From a virus (lineage: Duplodnaviria > Caudoviricetes), in the IMG/VR virus record IMGVR_UViG_3300029288_000081, positions 32,001 through 96,000 of that record: a DNA stretch of 64,000 nucleotides; one strand, written 5' to 3'. Made by a program: the position numbers and the translations under genes. Every line of letters begins with the position of its first letter. Position 1 is the stretch's first letter. The notes below the pieces were generated by a model. That model was not told where the DNA came from, searched no databases, and worked only from the letters and a program-made list of their open reading frames with translations. This document shows, one piece after another, positions 16,994-26,808 of this stretch.

Positions 16994-19111
16994 TCAGCCC
17001 TTGATACACAAGATCTGCTTCAGCTGCGCCTCGATCTCGACGAGGTCCGCCTGGTTGTCCATGACCGCGTCGATGTCCTTGTAGGCGCCGGGGATCTCGT
17101 CGAGCACCCCGCTGTCCTTGCGGCACTCGACGCCCTTCGTCGCCTCGGCCAGGTCCTCGATGTTGAAGCGACGCTTGGCCTCGCCGCGCGACATGCGCCT
17201 GCCGGCACCGTGCGATGCGGAGTGGAAGCTCTCCGGGTTCCCGAGCCCCTTCACGATGTACGAGCACGTTCCCATCGAGCCCGGGATGATGCCGCGCTCG
17301 CCGAGGCGCGCCGAGATCGCCCCCTTGCGCGTGACGAGCACGTCCTCGCCGAAGTGGTGCTCCTCGCTGACGTAGTTGTGGTGACACGAGACGTGCTCCC
17401 CGAACGAGATGGTCGGGAAGTGGTGACGCAGGATGCCCGCGCAGATCCAGAGCATCACGTCGCGGTTCGACTTCGCGTACTCCTGAGCCCACATCAGGTC
17501 GTGCCTGTAGCTCGCCATCTCGGGCGTCTTCGCGAGGAAGACGGACAGGTCCTTGTCCGGCAGCTCCGCGTTGTGCGCGAGCTTCCGCGCGCGAGCGATG
17601 TGAACCTCGGCCAGGCACTTGCCGATGTTGCGCGAGCCCGAGTGCAGCATGAGCCACACGTGATCGTCTGTGTCGAGGCACAGCTCGATGAAGTGGTTGC
17701 CGCCGCCGAGCGTCCCGAGCTGCTTCTGGGCGTTGCCGAGCTTATCCTGCACGATCGGGTCGAGGTTCTTGAAGCCAGCCCAGAGCGTCGAGCGGATCGC
17801 TAGCCCGTGCGTCTCCGCATGGCTGCTGGGGCCGACGGGGATCTCCTCCTCGATCATCGACCGAAGCGACGACAGCGAGTCCGGCAGCGAGTGCGACGTC
17901 AGGTTCGTTCGCACCGCAGCCATGCCGCAGTTACCCGTCATCACGACGTTTCCGCCGCGACGCATCACCCAAAACCCCGACGGCACCGTGAAGCAATACT
18001 CGAAGCCGTCCGCACTGGGCACGTGTTCGATCGGCGTCTTGGGCGCCCCAGCGATTCCCACCATCGACTCCGCGTGACCGAACACGCGATAGTCGACATC
18101 GCCATCGCTGTCAGTGTCGGCTCGCATCACGGCTCGGCGCCCACTGGCTGCGAAGGCGTACTGGATGAAGTCGGCAGACGCACGGTCACGTGTGAAGAAT
18201 ACGTGGTCGGCGGCAGTGCCGTCCCAGTGCAGGCACTCGTCGCTGATCAGTGCGAGCTGCTGCTGCGAGGCGGCCCAAAAGTCACCATACGTCTTCGTTC
18301 TCACCGGAGCGTCGAAGACGAACGACATGACCTGCCCATCCTCGTACCGCGCGTCACGCGCGACGCTTTCACTGAAGGCGATTCCAGCTTGCACAAGCAG
18401 CTCACGCATGCGGGCCTTCTTGCGATCCTTAACGAGCTTGACGCGCACCCCACTGCCCGTGTTGGCCAGGAAGTGCCCGTCGGCCATGACCGCCACCTGC
18501 ACCCGAAGAGCCGCGTCTTCGACCGGCAGACTCGTCGTCGTCCGCGGACAGAACGCTGTCTGGAACTCCGCCTTGGCGCCGAGAACCAAGCGATCGTGCT
18601 CTGCGGCAAGATCGGAAGCGAGCATGACCATCTGCTCACGACGACGATCACGTCCAGTGATCCTCCAGCACAGCACGCGGTGGTCTGGCGAAAGCATCTG
18701 GTTCACACCGTACTTCGTGCGGAACCAAAGGAACCCGTTCGACGGTCGCTGCACGTAGGCGTCCGGCGCCACGAAGACGCCGTCGCCGGACGTTGGCTCA
18801 TACTGCATCACCAGACCACCATCATACTCGGAGATCCGTCGCCATCCGCCTGGTGACAGGTACTCCGTGTCTGCGTCAACGCAGCCGATGTCCACGCCGA
18901 CCGCAGCCGGCGACAGCGCGTCCTTCATCGCGATGACCGACCCGACCGTTGCCCCCTTGCCGAAGTGAACGTCGGGCATGACGGCCACGTGATGAAAGCA
19001 CCACGGCAGCGCCGCGATGCCCTTGAGCTGGTCGAGCGCAGACGACTCGACCTCGTGGATGGGCGTCCACAGCTTCACCGGAACGACCTTGCCCTTCATC
19101 TCGGAGATCAT
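16994..19111 (-). CDS. rtcB: RtcB RNA ligase containing an intein
   Basis: MPDVHFGKG, VGVDIG|C, LGTLGGGNHFIE, LHSGSR, HHNY, SASHGAGR, DEIPGAYKDI. Confidence 0.95.
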   Translation of the reverse strand: MISEMKGKVVPVKLWTPIHEVESSALDQLKGIAALPWCFHHVAVMPDVHFGKGATVGSVIAMKDALSPAAVGVDIGCVDADTEYLSPGGWRRISEYDGGLVMQYEPTSGDGVFVAPDAYVQRPSNGFLWFRTKYGVNQMLSPDHRVLCWRITGRDRRREQMVMLASDLAAEHDRLVLGAKAEFQTAFCPRTTTSLPVEDAALRVQVAVMADGHFLANTGSGVRVKLVKDRKKARMRELLVQAGIAFSESVARDARYEDGQVMSFVFDAPVRTKTYGDFWAASQQQLALISDECLHWDGTAADHVFFTRDRASADFIQYAFAASGRRAVMRADTDSDGDVDYRVFGHAESMVGIAGAPKTPIEHVPSADGFEYCFTVPSGFWVMRRGGNVVMTGNCGMAAVRTNLTSHSLPDSLSSLRSMIEEEIPVGPSSHAETHGLAIRSTLWAGFKNLDPIVQDKLGNAQKQLGTLGGGNHFIELCLDTDDHVWLMLHSGSRNIGKCLAEVHIARARKLAHNAELPDKDLSVFLAKTPEMASYRHDLMWAQEYAKSNRDVMLWICAGILRHHFPTISFGEHVSCHHNYVSEEHHFGEDVLVTRKGAISARLGERGIIPGSMGTCSYIVKGLGNPESFHSASHGAGRRMSRGEAKRRFNIEDLAEATKGVECRKDSGVLDEIPGAYKDIDAVMDNQADLVEIEAQLKQILCIKG
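17930..18883 (-). mobile_element. intein (318 aa) inserted immediately before the catalytic Cys of RtcB
   Basis: DIG|CVDADTEYL start, SPDHRV block B, VAVMADG degenerate LAGLIDADG, YCFTVPSG...VVMTGN|CG end. Confidence 0.92.
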
Positions 19112-19113
19112 GG

Positions 19114-19395
19114 TCAGACCACCTTCTTCAGATCGCTGATGCTCAGGTCGGGGATCAGCTTCGCGTACTCGCCCAGCTCCATGCCGTGCGGCCCGTCCTC
19201 GTGCTTCGGGCACCAGAACGCCAGGTGCGCCGGCATCGGGCGAACACCAGCGTGCTTCTCGTGCTGGTAGCTCGCGATGTCACACGAGCCCCATGGACGA
19301 CCGTGCGGGAAGGTCGAGTGCTTGCACGTGCCGCACGTCTTCACGATGCGCACGCCCTGGTCCTTCAGGACCTTGAGCTTCGTCTTGTCCGGCAT
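19114..19395 (-). CDS. small Cys/His-rich hypothetical protein
   Basis: CGTC motif; first gene of the rtcB unit, with an operator palindrome upstream. Confidence 0.65.
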   Translation of the reverse strand: MPDKTKLKVLKDQGVRIVKTCGTCKHSTFPHGRPWGSCDIASYQHEKHAGVRPMPAHLAFWCPKHEDGPHGMELGEYAKLIPDLSISDLKKVV

Positions 19396-19398
19396 CGC

Positions 19399-19413
19399 AC
19401 CTGTCTGACAGGT
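19399..19413. promoter_or_regulatory. extended operator palindrome ACCTGTCTGACAGGT (example of at least 14 TGTCnGACA sites)
   Basis: Identical 15-mer at 27696-27710; both lie 3-4 nt upstream of start codons. Confidence 0.75.
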
Positions 19414-19438
19414 TCTCGCGACACACGCAAGCGGTACT

Positions 19439-19843
19439 TCAGTTCGCGTACGGTCGCCCGTCCAGCTCCGGCCTGTACCGAGCGTTCTCGCGGTCCCACT
19501 CTGCGAACGTGGGCTTGAGCTGCTCGCGCACCTCTACCGTTGCGCTCTCGGCCACGATCCGCTTGCACTCGTCCATGTTGGCGAAGACGCGGTCCCTCAG
19601 CCGGCGCCACGAGTTCCTCGACCTCATGAGCGGCTCGGTCGCAGCCATGGCGAAGCTCGGCAGGAACGTCGCGCCGAAGCCACCCGTCGTCGGGACCAAG
19701 CGGTCGAGGATTGCATCGAGAGCATAAACGTCCGCGTTCTCTTCTGCGGTCATCAGCTCGTCGAAGGCGTCGGTCAGCCCCTGCGCCACAGCGATGGTGC
19801 GCGCGATCTGCTTGATGTGGCTCAGGGCAACGGTGTCGGTCAT
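19439..19843 (-). CDS. hypothetical protein
   Basis: ORF directly downstream of the metalloprotease. Confidence 0.6.
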   Translation of the reverse strand: MTDTVALSHIKQIARTIAVAQGLTDAFDELMTAEENADVYALDAILDRLVPTTGGFGATFLPSFAMAATEPLMRSRNSWRRLRDRVFANMDECKRIVAESATVEVREQLKPTFAEWDRENARYRPELDGRPYAN

Positions 19844-19847
19844 GGCT

Positions 19848-20417
19848 CTACTCGCTGAGATAGGTGGAACGGATGAGAGACCTGTCGTGGTCGGTGAACC
19901 ACGGGGGCATCGTGCCATCGGACGACTCGGTCTGCGTGCGCCGCATGATGCTCAGCTCGAAGTCGTCGTGCGCGAGGCCCAGGCAGTGACCCAGCTCGTG
20001 GTAGACGGTCATGGTGCGGACCTCGCCGATGACGTTCGCCGTCTCGATGTCGCAGCCACCTCGACGGATCGTCGCCGAGCCACCGGGCTCCTGCCAGTCC
20101 ATCTCCGCCGGAGCGCCCATGGTCAGCATGACGCGGCAGGTGGCCGCGTTGGTCGAGCGATACGCCTCGAAGCCGAGTCGACCGTTGATGACCGAGATGG
20201 TGTAGTCGGCCGCCTCCGCGTCGCTTCGCAGCACGCGCTCTGACGCGTAGGACCTGACGCAGACATCGAGCGGGAAGTCGCCAGGGGTCCACTCGGGCGT
20301 CTGCTCCATGAAGCCAGGCTCCCGGTGCGTCGTGACGCCGAAGATGACCGCGACGAGGGCGGCGACGGAGAGGACGATGATCAGGACGAGCATCCAGAGC
20401 CGGTTCTTGTCGAACAT
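19848..20417 (-). CDS. membrane-anchored matrixin-like (metzincin) metalloprotease
   Basis: N-terminal TM; HELGHCLGLAH zinc motif and SIM Met-turn. Confidence 0.85.
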   Translation of the reverse strand: MFDKNRLWMLVLIIVLSVAALVAVIFGVTTHREPGFMEQTPEWTPGDFPLDVCVRSYASERVLRSDAEAADYTISVINGRLGFEAYRSTNAATCRVMLTMGAPAEMDWQEPGGSATIRRGGCDIETANVIGEVRTMTVYHELGHCLGLAHDDFELSIMRRTQTESSDGTMPPWFTDHDRSLIRSTYLSE

Positions 20418-20732
20418 GGGCTAAGGGTAGCGCTTTCCCGTCTTCTTCACAGCATCGCCGCCCTCGCGAGCAACGGGCAGGTGAGACGGGGGGTGCGGAT
20501 TTCGACGCTCGCGCACACGGGGCACTCGGGCTCGTCGCACCATCCGTCGTCGTAGCTGAGGTCGTAGCTGAGATCGCCGTCGTCCCATTCACGAGACCGG
20601 AGCGGCCCGACCTGCTCGCGCTCCGAGATGCGAGCGCGTCGCTCGGCCGGTGGTACCCACGCGCGCTCCATCCGCACCCACATGCGGCCTTCTGCGACGT
20701 GGGCGTATCCCGTCGTTCCTCGCACAGGCCAC

Positions 20733-21074
20733 TCAGCGCTTGCTCGCGTACGCCTTGAGCGAGCGCATCGTCGTCTCGTTCGCGTTGCCGCGACGCTCCA
20801 GGCGCTCGTAGAGGTTCTTCGCCAGCTCGGGCGTCGAGACGCGCTTCACCGGCCTGTGGTTGCGCGTCACCGGCTTCTTGCTGAGCATCGCGAAGACGAT
20901 CGCCGCCAGCAGCAAGATGCCGATGATGATGAGGATGCGCTTGGTGTTCGCGTCGAGCGCCAGCGGTGCCGGCCCGGTCGGCACCTGCGAGAGCGGCAGG
21001 AGCTGGTACTGATGCGGCTGGATGGCCGGAGCCAGCGTATGCGGAACGGGACTGGGACCGATGTGATACGACAC
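20733..21074 (-). CDS. single-TM protein with VTRN motif after the TM
   Basis: 'ILIIIGILLLAAIVFAML-SKKPVTRNHR'. Confidence 0.7.
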   Translation of the reverse strand: MSYHIGPSPVPHTLAPAIQPHQYQLLPLSQVPTGPAPLALDANTKRILIIIGILLLAAIVFAMLSKKPVTRNHRPVKRVSTPELAKNLYERLERRGNANETTMRSLKAYASKR

Positions 21075-21078
21075 GCTA

Positions 21079-21633
21079 CTACCCTCCGATGATGGGCGTT
21101 CGCCCGCTGACCGTGAGCTGGGTGACTCCGGTCATGTCCGTTGTCGCGACGCCTGCCTGCACGCGCACGCACCAGCCCTTGCAGTAGTCGCAGGCCCAGC
21201 GCTCGCTGCTGCTGACGACGGGGATGATGTCCTCGTCCATCGTGGGCTTGCCGAGCGTGTTCTTGCAGTGGAACGCCCAGTTGATGCGCAGATGCTTGGG
21301 CGCCTTGCGGTAGGTGACGCGGTCGAGCGTCATGGCCTTGTTGTCCTCGCGGACCGTGAAGTTGTTGCCGCACTTGGGGCACATGCCGACGAGCATGCCG
21401 ATCTGCTCGTTCGAGTTGCTCGCCCGCGGCACCGCGTACAGCTCGCACTCGATGGTGCTGATCTCTTCGCCCTTGTCGTTGACCCACATGATCCACGTCT
21501 TGGGCGCCGTCGCTTCCGCGTCGAACGACGAGCTGGCGAATCGACCCACCTGGCCGCTCGTCCTCCACATCTCCTTGCCGGCGCGAGCTTGCGCGTCGGT
21601 CATCCGAAACAGATCTCTCTTGGAAACGCTCAT
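21079..21633 (-). CDS. hypothetical Zn-finger protein
   Basis: CPKC and CDYC motifs. Confidence 0.7.
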   Translation of the reverse strand: MSVSKRDLFRMTDAQARAGKEMWRTSGQVGRFASSSFDAEATAPKTWIMWVNDKGEEISTIECELYAVPRASNSNEQIGMLVGMCPKCGNNFTVREDNKAMTLDRVTYRKAPKHLRINWAFHCKNTLGKPTMDEDIIPVVSSSERWACDYCKGWCVRVQAGVATTDMTGVTQLTVSGRTPIIGG

Positions 21634-21664
21634 GAGGCTGCCCAGCCCTTTCGTTCTTCTTCGG

Positions 21665-22153
21665 TCAGCGGCGAACCCGGCGACGACGCCGGTTCGCGGA
21701 GATCTTGCCGCGGTTGCGCTGGCCTTCGAGCACCTTGTAGCTGAAGACCGCCGCCATGCCGCTCAGCACGTAGAGCACCGCGAGCGGCGGCATCACGTAC
21801 TGCACGAAGTAGGGCGTCGCACGCTGCGCCACCCGGTCCACCAGCGGCGTGACGACCGTCTCGTCGAGCACGTTCACGACGCGCGGCGCCTGCGTGCGAG
21901 AGAACTGGTCCGGGTTCGCGATGACCTGCGCGCCGATCTGAGCCAGGCTCGCGGCGATCTGAAGCGCCCGCTGCGTGTCGGCCATCGGCGTAGCCGGAGC
22001 CACCTGCCCGAGACCCGCGAAGGTCACGCTCGCACCGTGCTGGACCGCACGGTTCAAGCACGCTCCCTCGTCGGCCATGCCCTGGCACGCCTCGGCGTAC
22101 TGGTTCCAGTACCTCTTGTACGAGGCGGATGACCCGAGTCCCGCGTAGCTCAT
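21665..22153 (-). CDS. membrane protein with MSYAGLG leader and SAN-Arg-rich tail
   Basis: YAGLGS, FAGLGQ, C-terminal TM, KISANRRRRRVRR. Confidence 0.75.
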   Translation of the reverse strand: MSYAGLGSSASYKRYWNQYAEACQGMADEGACLNRAVQHGASVTFAGLGQVAPATPMADTQRALQIAASLAQIGAQVIANPDQFSRTQAPRVVNVLDETVVTPLVDRVAQRATPYFVQYVMPPLAVLYVLSGMAAVFSYKVLEGQRNRGKISANRRRRRVRR

Positions 22154-22563
22154 CGGCGGCTCCCGCGGCGCCGGTTCCGACGCACGCGGCGCCGATTCTT
22201 CCTGAGCGTCAGGTACGAGCCCACGCCCAGGAGCAGCGCGGCTCCGCCGGCCACTCCCCACACCCAGCCCCTGGCGTACCAGGGCGTCGCCGGGGCCTGT
22301 CCGAGCCCCCGCAACGGCACCTGGGCGTACTGGCCGTAGGGGTACGGGCCCTGCGGCTTGAAGAGGTCGCCGTAGCCGCCGAGGTAGAGCACCTGCTCGC
22401 CCCAGACGCCCTTGCCGGCCTGGTAGCCGGCGCCGGGGATCGGCGTCCGCACGCTCCGCGGGTACTGACGGAAGCGTCCGAGGCTGCCGGGAAGGTACAG
22501 CGACGGAAGATAGGGACGGACGTGCGCCGGGGCCGGGTTGACGTGCATGGTGGCAGTCATCAT
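22150..22563 (-). CDS. Gly/Tyr/Pro-rich membrane protein with GLGQ motif and Arg-rich tail
   Basis: LRGLGQ-TM-LRKNRRRVRRNRRRGSRR. Confidence 0.75.
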   Translation of the reverse strand: MMTATMHVNPAPAHVRPYLPSLYLPGSLGRFRQYPRSVRTPIPGAGYQAGKGVWGEQVLYLGGYGDLFKPQGPYPYGQYAQVPLRGLGQAPATPWYARGWVWGVAGGAALLLGVGSYLTLRKNRRRVRRNRRRGSRR

Positions 22564-22594
22564 ACGCGAGGACCCGACGAGGCTCCAGGCGCGC

Positions 22595-22897
22595 TCAGCT
22601 CAGCTCGTGCAGGCGCCGAAGCAGCTTGAGCGCCTCGTTGACGCGCTCCTTCGGCACCGAGACTGTGGAGGGTAGGCGCAGGTACACGTTCTGGTGCGCG
22701 TCCTCCATCAGGACAACGAACGACAGGCCAAGGGGGGAGCCCTTCTTCTTCATGGGTACCGTCAGCCGGACGGTCTCGCGCGGGACGTACACCTCGGGAG
22801 TGATGCTGATGTCGAGAAAACGACGCACGGCTGCCAGCGTCATGGGAGCGCGCTTCGAGGATCGGCGCCTCGGCGCTGCCTTCTTCGCGGCTGCCAT
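22595..22897 (-). CDS. basic hypothetical protein
   Basis: TGATG coupling with the upstream gene. Confidence 0.55.
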   Translation of the reverse strand: MAAAKKAAPRRRSSKRAPMTLAAVRRFLDISITPEVYVPRETVRLTVPMKKKGSPLGLSFVVLMEDAHQNVYLRLPSTVSVPKERVNEALKLLRRLHELS

Positions 22898-23358
22898 CAC
22901 CTTCCCCGCGAGGTCCGCCGCTTGGCGGCGGCAGGGCGCCTGGACCGGGGGCCTGCGAGCGGGCGGCTCGTGCGGCGCCTCGCCACCACGTCGCCCGGCA
23001 TGAGCGTCGGCAAGGCCCGCTTGGTTCGCAGCGCGATGAGCGGCCGCACGGGCTTGCCGGTGCCTCCGGAGAGGACGGCGATGCACCGGCCGCCGGGGTT
23101 GATGAGGGCGACGAGGATCTCCGCCACGCTGCCCGCCGGCACACGCTGCGCCTCGAACACCGCGTACTTCATCGCGGTCCTGCGGTCGTAGATCTTGGCC
23201 GAGAGCGATGTCCACCTCTGCCCCCAGAGCGTCGGCACCCCCTCCGCATCGAGCTTCAGGAAGACCATCTTGTACGCGGGGCCAGCGACCGTCAGCGCAC
23301 CGCTGTCCGCACTCTCGTCCGGTGCCGAGGGCGTCTCGGCTTCGTTGTTATCGACCAT
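22897..23358 (-). CDS. hypothetical protein with Arg-rich C-terminus
   Basis: Leaderless promoter TTGCTC-18-TACAAC-6-ATG. Confidence 0.6.
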   Translation of the reverse strand: MVDNNEAETPSAPDESADSGALTVAGPAYKMVFLKLDAEGVPTLWGQRWTSLSAKIYDRRTAMKYAVFEAQRVPAGSVAEILVALINPGGRCIAVLSGGTGKPVRPLIALRTKRALPTLMPGDVVARRRTSRPLAGPRSRRPAAAKRRTSRGR

Positions 23359-24565
23359 CCGGCCGTTGTACTCCATGTCTGACAAACCGAGCAACCTGTT
23401 CGTACACCGCCACCAGCCGGCGGGTCGTGATGTCGCGCGCGTACGACGCCCCGGTCTTCCGAGCGTTCTCGCGACGCGCCTCGCGCTCGCTTCGCGGCAG
23501 GCGTGACCAGTCGAACAGGGCTCTCGCGAGCGCCTCGGGGCTCAACTCGTTCACGATCTGGCCGTTGAAGCCGCTCTCGACGATGTCCCTGGTGCCGGGG
23601 CCGTCCACCGCGATGATGGGCACGCCCGCGGCCATCGCCTCGGCCAGGACGATGCCCTGCGTCTCGCTCGTCGAGGAGAACGCGAACGCATCCATGGCCC
23701 CGTAGGCGTCGGCGAGGGCCTGGCCACGCTGCACGCCGAGCCATCGGACGCGCGCGGCGACGCGGTTGGCGCGGAAGATCTGATCCATCTCCCTGGAGCA
23801 CGTCCCCTTGCCCACCACGATCGCTCGGGCCGCCGGGTTCGCCGTCATGAACATCGAGATCGACCGCGCGAGGAAGGCCAGGTTCTTCTCCTTGGACAGA
23901 CGACCAACGTGCCCGACCACGAACGCGTCCGGTGCGATGAAGTGCTTCTTGCGCACGCTCTTGCTGTCCGGGCTCGCGAAGAACTCGACGTCGATGCCCG
24001 ACGGGGTCACGTAGACCGGCACCGTCACGCCGCGCTCCATCAGCATCCGCGCGACGCTCCCCGAGAGCGTGCAGACGGCGTCGCACGCGTTGGCGAACAC
24101 CGACGGCACCGTCGTCGCCCCGAGGAACGAGGTGGCCGCTGCGGCAGCCTTGGAGAAGATCGACGCGTGCTTGGGGGCGAAGTGCTGCGTGTAGTGCTCG
24201 TAGAGCGTGTGGTGGTGGAAGATGATGGGCTTGCGCAGCGTCCTCGCCGCCACGAGCGCCGCACGACCCAGGAGGAACGGGTGGTGCGCGTGGACGACAT
24301 CGGGGTTGAACCTCTCGACGATGTTGGTGAGCGGCCCCACCACGTAGAGAGGCATCGAGAAGTCGCTCCCTCCGACGGCGGGGATCGAAGGAACCCGGAT
24401 GTTCCCCTCGCTGTCGGCGTGGATGGGCGTCACGGCGTCAGGGCCCGGGGCGACAACGAGCACCTCGTGCCCGAGCTTGCGCAGCGAGCGCACCATCCGG
24501 TCGACGCCGTTCGCCACGCCTCCGACGTGCGGCAGGTACGTGTTGGTGGCCATGAGGACGCGCAT
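23348..24565 (-). CDS. glycosyltransferase family 4, diacylglycerol glycosyltransferase-like
   Basis: TNTYLPHVGGVA, DVVHAHHPFLLG, HHHTLYEHY, VGRLSKEKN, SETQGIVLAEAMAAG. Confidence 0.9.
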   Translation of the reverse strand: MRVLMATNTYLPHVGGVANGVDRMVRSLRKLGHEVLVVAPGPDAVTPIHADSEGNIRVPSIPAVGGSDFSMPLYVVGPLTNIVERFNPDVVHAHHPFLLGRAALVAARTLRKPIIFHHHTLYEHYTQHFAPKHASIFSKAAAAATSFLGATTVPSVFANACDAVCTLSGSVARMLMERGVTVPVYVTPSGIDVEFFASPDSKSVRKKHFIAPDAFVVGHVGRLSKEKNLAFLARSISMFMTANPAARAIVVGKGTCSREMDQIFRANRVAARVRWLGVQRGQALADAYGAMDAFAFSSTSETQGIVLAEAMAAGVPIIAVDGPGTRDIVESGFNGQIVNELSPEALARALFDWSRLPRSEREARRENARKTGASYARDITTRRLVAVYEQVARFVRHGVQRPDGR

Positions 24566-24590
24566 CGGAAGGCGGTGTATAGTAGCCGCC

Positions 24591-24884
24591 ATGGGCTACT
24601 CGCAGGTCACGGGCATGAGTTCGACGCGCTTCCCTCTGAAGGGGCTGAGCGGGTGTGGTTGCCAGGCCACGAGCGGTCTGGGGCAGGTCGAGAACTCGCC
24701 TCTCGGCGGGCTCCTGGCGCTTGGGCTCTTCGGAACGCTCGCGTACCTGACCTTCACGAGCCCGGGGACGTGGAAGATCGGCAGGGACGTGACCTACACG
24801 AGCGGTGGCTACTACGACCACGGGTTGGGCAAGTGGGTGACCCCGAACCGTCGTCGCCGCGGGCGCGGCCGCCGTCGGCGCTGA
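24591..24884 (+). CDS. small membrane protein with GLGQ motif and TPN-Arg-rich tail
   Basis: TATAGT -10 box 7 nt before ATG; LKGLSGCGC, SGLGQ, TM, VTPNRRRRGRGRRRR. Confidence 0.7.
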   Translation: MGYSQVTGMSSTRFPLKGLSGCGCQATSGLGQVENSPLGGLLALGLFGTLAYLTFTSPGTWKIGRDVTYTSGGYYDHGLGKWVTPNRRRRGRGRRRR

Positions 24885-24891
24885 GGTCTCC

Positions 24892-25104
24892 ATGCGGCCG
24901 ATGTTCATCTGGCGAGATCCTCGCGGCGTCCTGGTCGCCGACGTGGTCCAGATCGCGAAGATGACCCCCGCAGGCCCGCGCGCCTTCTACGTTGCCCGGG
25001 TCCAGGGTGAGCAGGTCGAGAAGCCCCGCTTCGGCTGCGCCAAGCGCGTCGTCGAGGGGTGGCTGCGCCAGAACGGCATCCGGGCAACCGTCAGCGCGGC
25101 GTAG
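24892..25104 (+). CDS. hypothetical protein
   Basis: GAGG SD; follows the previous gene. Confidence 0.5.
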   Translation: MRPMFIWRDPRGVLVADVVQIAKMTPAGPRAFYVARVQGEQVEKPRFGCAKRVVEGWLRQNGIRATVSAA

Positions 25105-25600
25105 TCGCAAGCCTGACCTGCCTCTTCGATGGGAAGTCGAACGACGGTGGCTTGCTGCGCCACACGATGACGATGGCCCCCGACGACCTGTTGGCGTAGG
25201 CAGACCGGGCTCGACGCACGGTCGCCCACGTGCCGGAGCGGGCCTCTTCCTGGTCCATCTTCGGTACCGCGATCAGCAGGTCTCCGGCCGCTGCGATGGG
25301 GCCGTTGCGTTCGAGAGGGGGCATCGGATCGGACAGGAGCTTCGCTCCACGTCGATCGCAGTGGGCTCGCTTGTTGTCCATGTCGGAGGGGTAGATCCCA
25401 CGCATGATGCCCTGCTCGACGCAGATCTCATCGAACATCGCATCCGCACCCACGCAGTCGCCGTGGACCGCCCGCAACCGGCTCCCGTGCCGCGCCTTCA
25501 GCTTCGCGAGCATCTCTGCCACGAAGGCCCGCTGCTCGCGCGTCATCCCGAGCTGCGTGCCCGTGAAGGACACGACGAAGCGGTCGCGCTGCTCGTTCAA
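25091..25600 (-). CDS. SLOG-fold (YspA/DprA-like) protein
   Basis: SFTGTQLGMT, HGDCVGAD, LERN, RSGTWATVRRA. Confidence 0.75.
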   Translation of the reverse strand: MNEQRDRFVVSFTGTQLGMTREQRAFVAEMLAKLKARHGSRLRAVHGDCVGADAMFDEICVEQGIMRGIYPSDMDNKRAHCDRRGAKLLSDPMPPLERNGPIAAAGDLLIAVPKMDQEEARSGTWATVRRARSAYANRSSGAIVIVWRSKPPSFDFPSKRQVRLATTPR

Positions 25601-26010
25601 GGCTTCCAGCCCTTCGGCGGCTTCCAGCCGGCAGCCTGAGCCGTCTTCGCCCATTCCGGCCACGGGACACCCGTCTCGTACTGGGCTCGCGCAGCCTTGA
25701 GGCTCGCCTGCATCTCCTTGAGGAAGCGCCTGGCAACAGAGACGCTCTCGAAGGTGTAGCCTGCCATCGTGGCGGTGACCAGATCCCGGTTCTGCTCCAC
25801 CCACTCCCGGGCATCGACCTCGATCGCAAAATACTCGAAGTCGCTCAGGTCGCGCTTGACGTAGGCCGCATCCTTCTTGGTTCGGAGCTTGGCGACCGGC
25901 GTGCCCTTGTCCTGCCCCACCCAGGCGCCCTCGCCGTCGCCGTCTTCGTCGCACCACGCGACGATCAGGCCTTCGCGCACATCGAAAACGCCCAGCTTGC
26001 TCTTGCTCAT
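25597..26010 (-). CDS. hypothetical protein
   Basis: Translationally coupled, codon bias. Confidence 0.65.
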   Translation of the reverse strand: MSKSKLGVFDVREGLIVAWCDEDGDGEGAWVGQDKGTPVAKLRTKKDAAYVKRDLSDFEYFAIEVDAREWVEQNRDLVTATMAGYTFESVSVARRFLKEMQASLKAARAQYETGVPWPEWAKTAQAAGWKPPKGWKP

Positions 26011-26402
26011 CAGACCGCTCCGTTCGAGTGCAGCCTCCTGAAGGCCTCCCACCGATCATGTTGGATCAGGAGGTAGCGCAGCCGAGAGATCGGCTTGCGC
26101 AGCCGCTGGTCCTCGTAGCTGTTCCAGCTGCGCCTCGGTCCACCCGCCAAGGCCTCCTGCCTGTATCGCTCGGCGCTCTCGATGAACCTCCGCAGTGCGC
26201 TCAACGCGTTCTCGCGGTGCAAGCCGGGTCGTGCGACAGGCTGCGTGTTGATGGAGAGCCTGCTCTGCTGGACGTAGCTATCACGGGTGTCGCACAGGGA
26301 AGGCGCCCTCTTTCCGGACAAGCGCTGCGCCTTCGCAAGACGACCAATGAAGTCGTTCATCGCAGCCTCGGTGTCGCGAGCGAGGCCGAGGGGGTTATCC
26401 AT
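26010..26402 (-). CDS. hypothetical protein
   Basis: Member of a coupled operon. Confidence 0.55.
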   Translation of the reverse strand: MDNPLGLARDTEAAMNDFIGRLAKAQRLSGKRAPSLCDTRDSYVQQSRLSINTQPVARPGLHRENALSALRRFIESAERYRQEALAGGPRRSWNSYEDQRLRKPISRLRYLLIQHDRWEAFRRLHSNGAV

Positions 26403-26405
26403 CTC

Positions 26406-26639
26406 TCACTCTCGTCCCCACGCGTGCAGGTCGCCACGCGCGACGCCGAGCAGGCGGGCCGTGTGATCGAGCGACAGGCCCACGAACTCGGTCTTGGCAT
26501 CCTCCCAGCTCTTGAACGGCGGGAGCGCGAGGTCGAACGATGCGCCGTCGGGACGAGCGCGGATGTACCACTCGCCGTACCGGGCGACCTTGTAGTTCGT
26601 CTGCGGGTCGGGCGGTAGCGCTGTGATCGCGAAGCTCAC
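26406..26639 (-). CDS. hypothetical protein
   Basis: GTGA overlap. Confidence 0.5.
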   Translation of the reverse strand: MSFAITALPPDPQTNYKVARYGEWYIRARPDGASFDLALPPFKSWEDAKTEFVGLSLDHTARLLGVARGDLHAWGRE

Positions 26640-26808
26640 TGGGCCGCCAGCGCCTCGGACGCGTTCGCTGCGTGAGCGCGCATCGCGTTCATCTCGTCGT
26701 TCAGCCGGGTCTCTTCGACGGTCAGCTCGGCCTGCTTGCGGCGGATCGCCTCGATGCGTGCCTGCTTCGCACCGAAGCGGGTGATCACGTCCATGGCCTC
26801 CTCGCGGG

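Noticed and set aside
24591-24884. MYXO-CTERM assignment for the TM-Arg proteins (GCGC motif)
   Set aside because: Only this protein has the Cys motif; most tagged proteins lack signal peptides and share an Asn after the TM, which CTERM families do not have.
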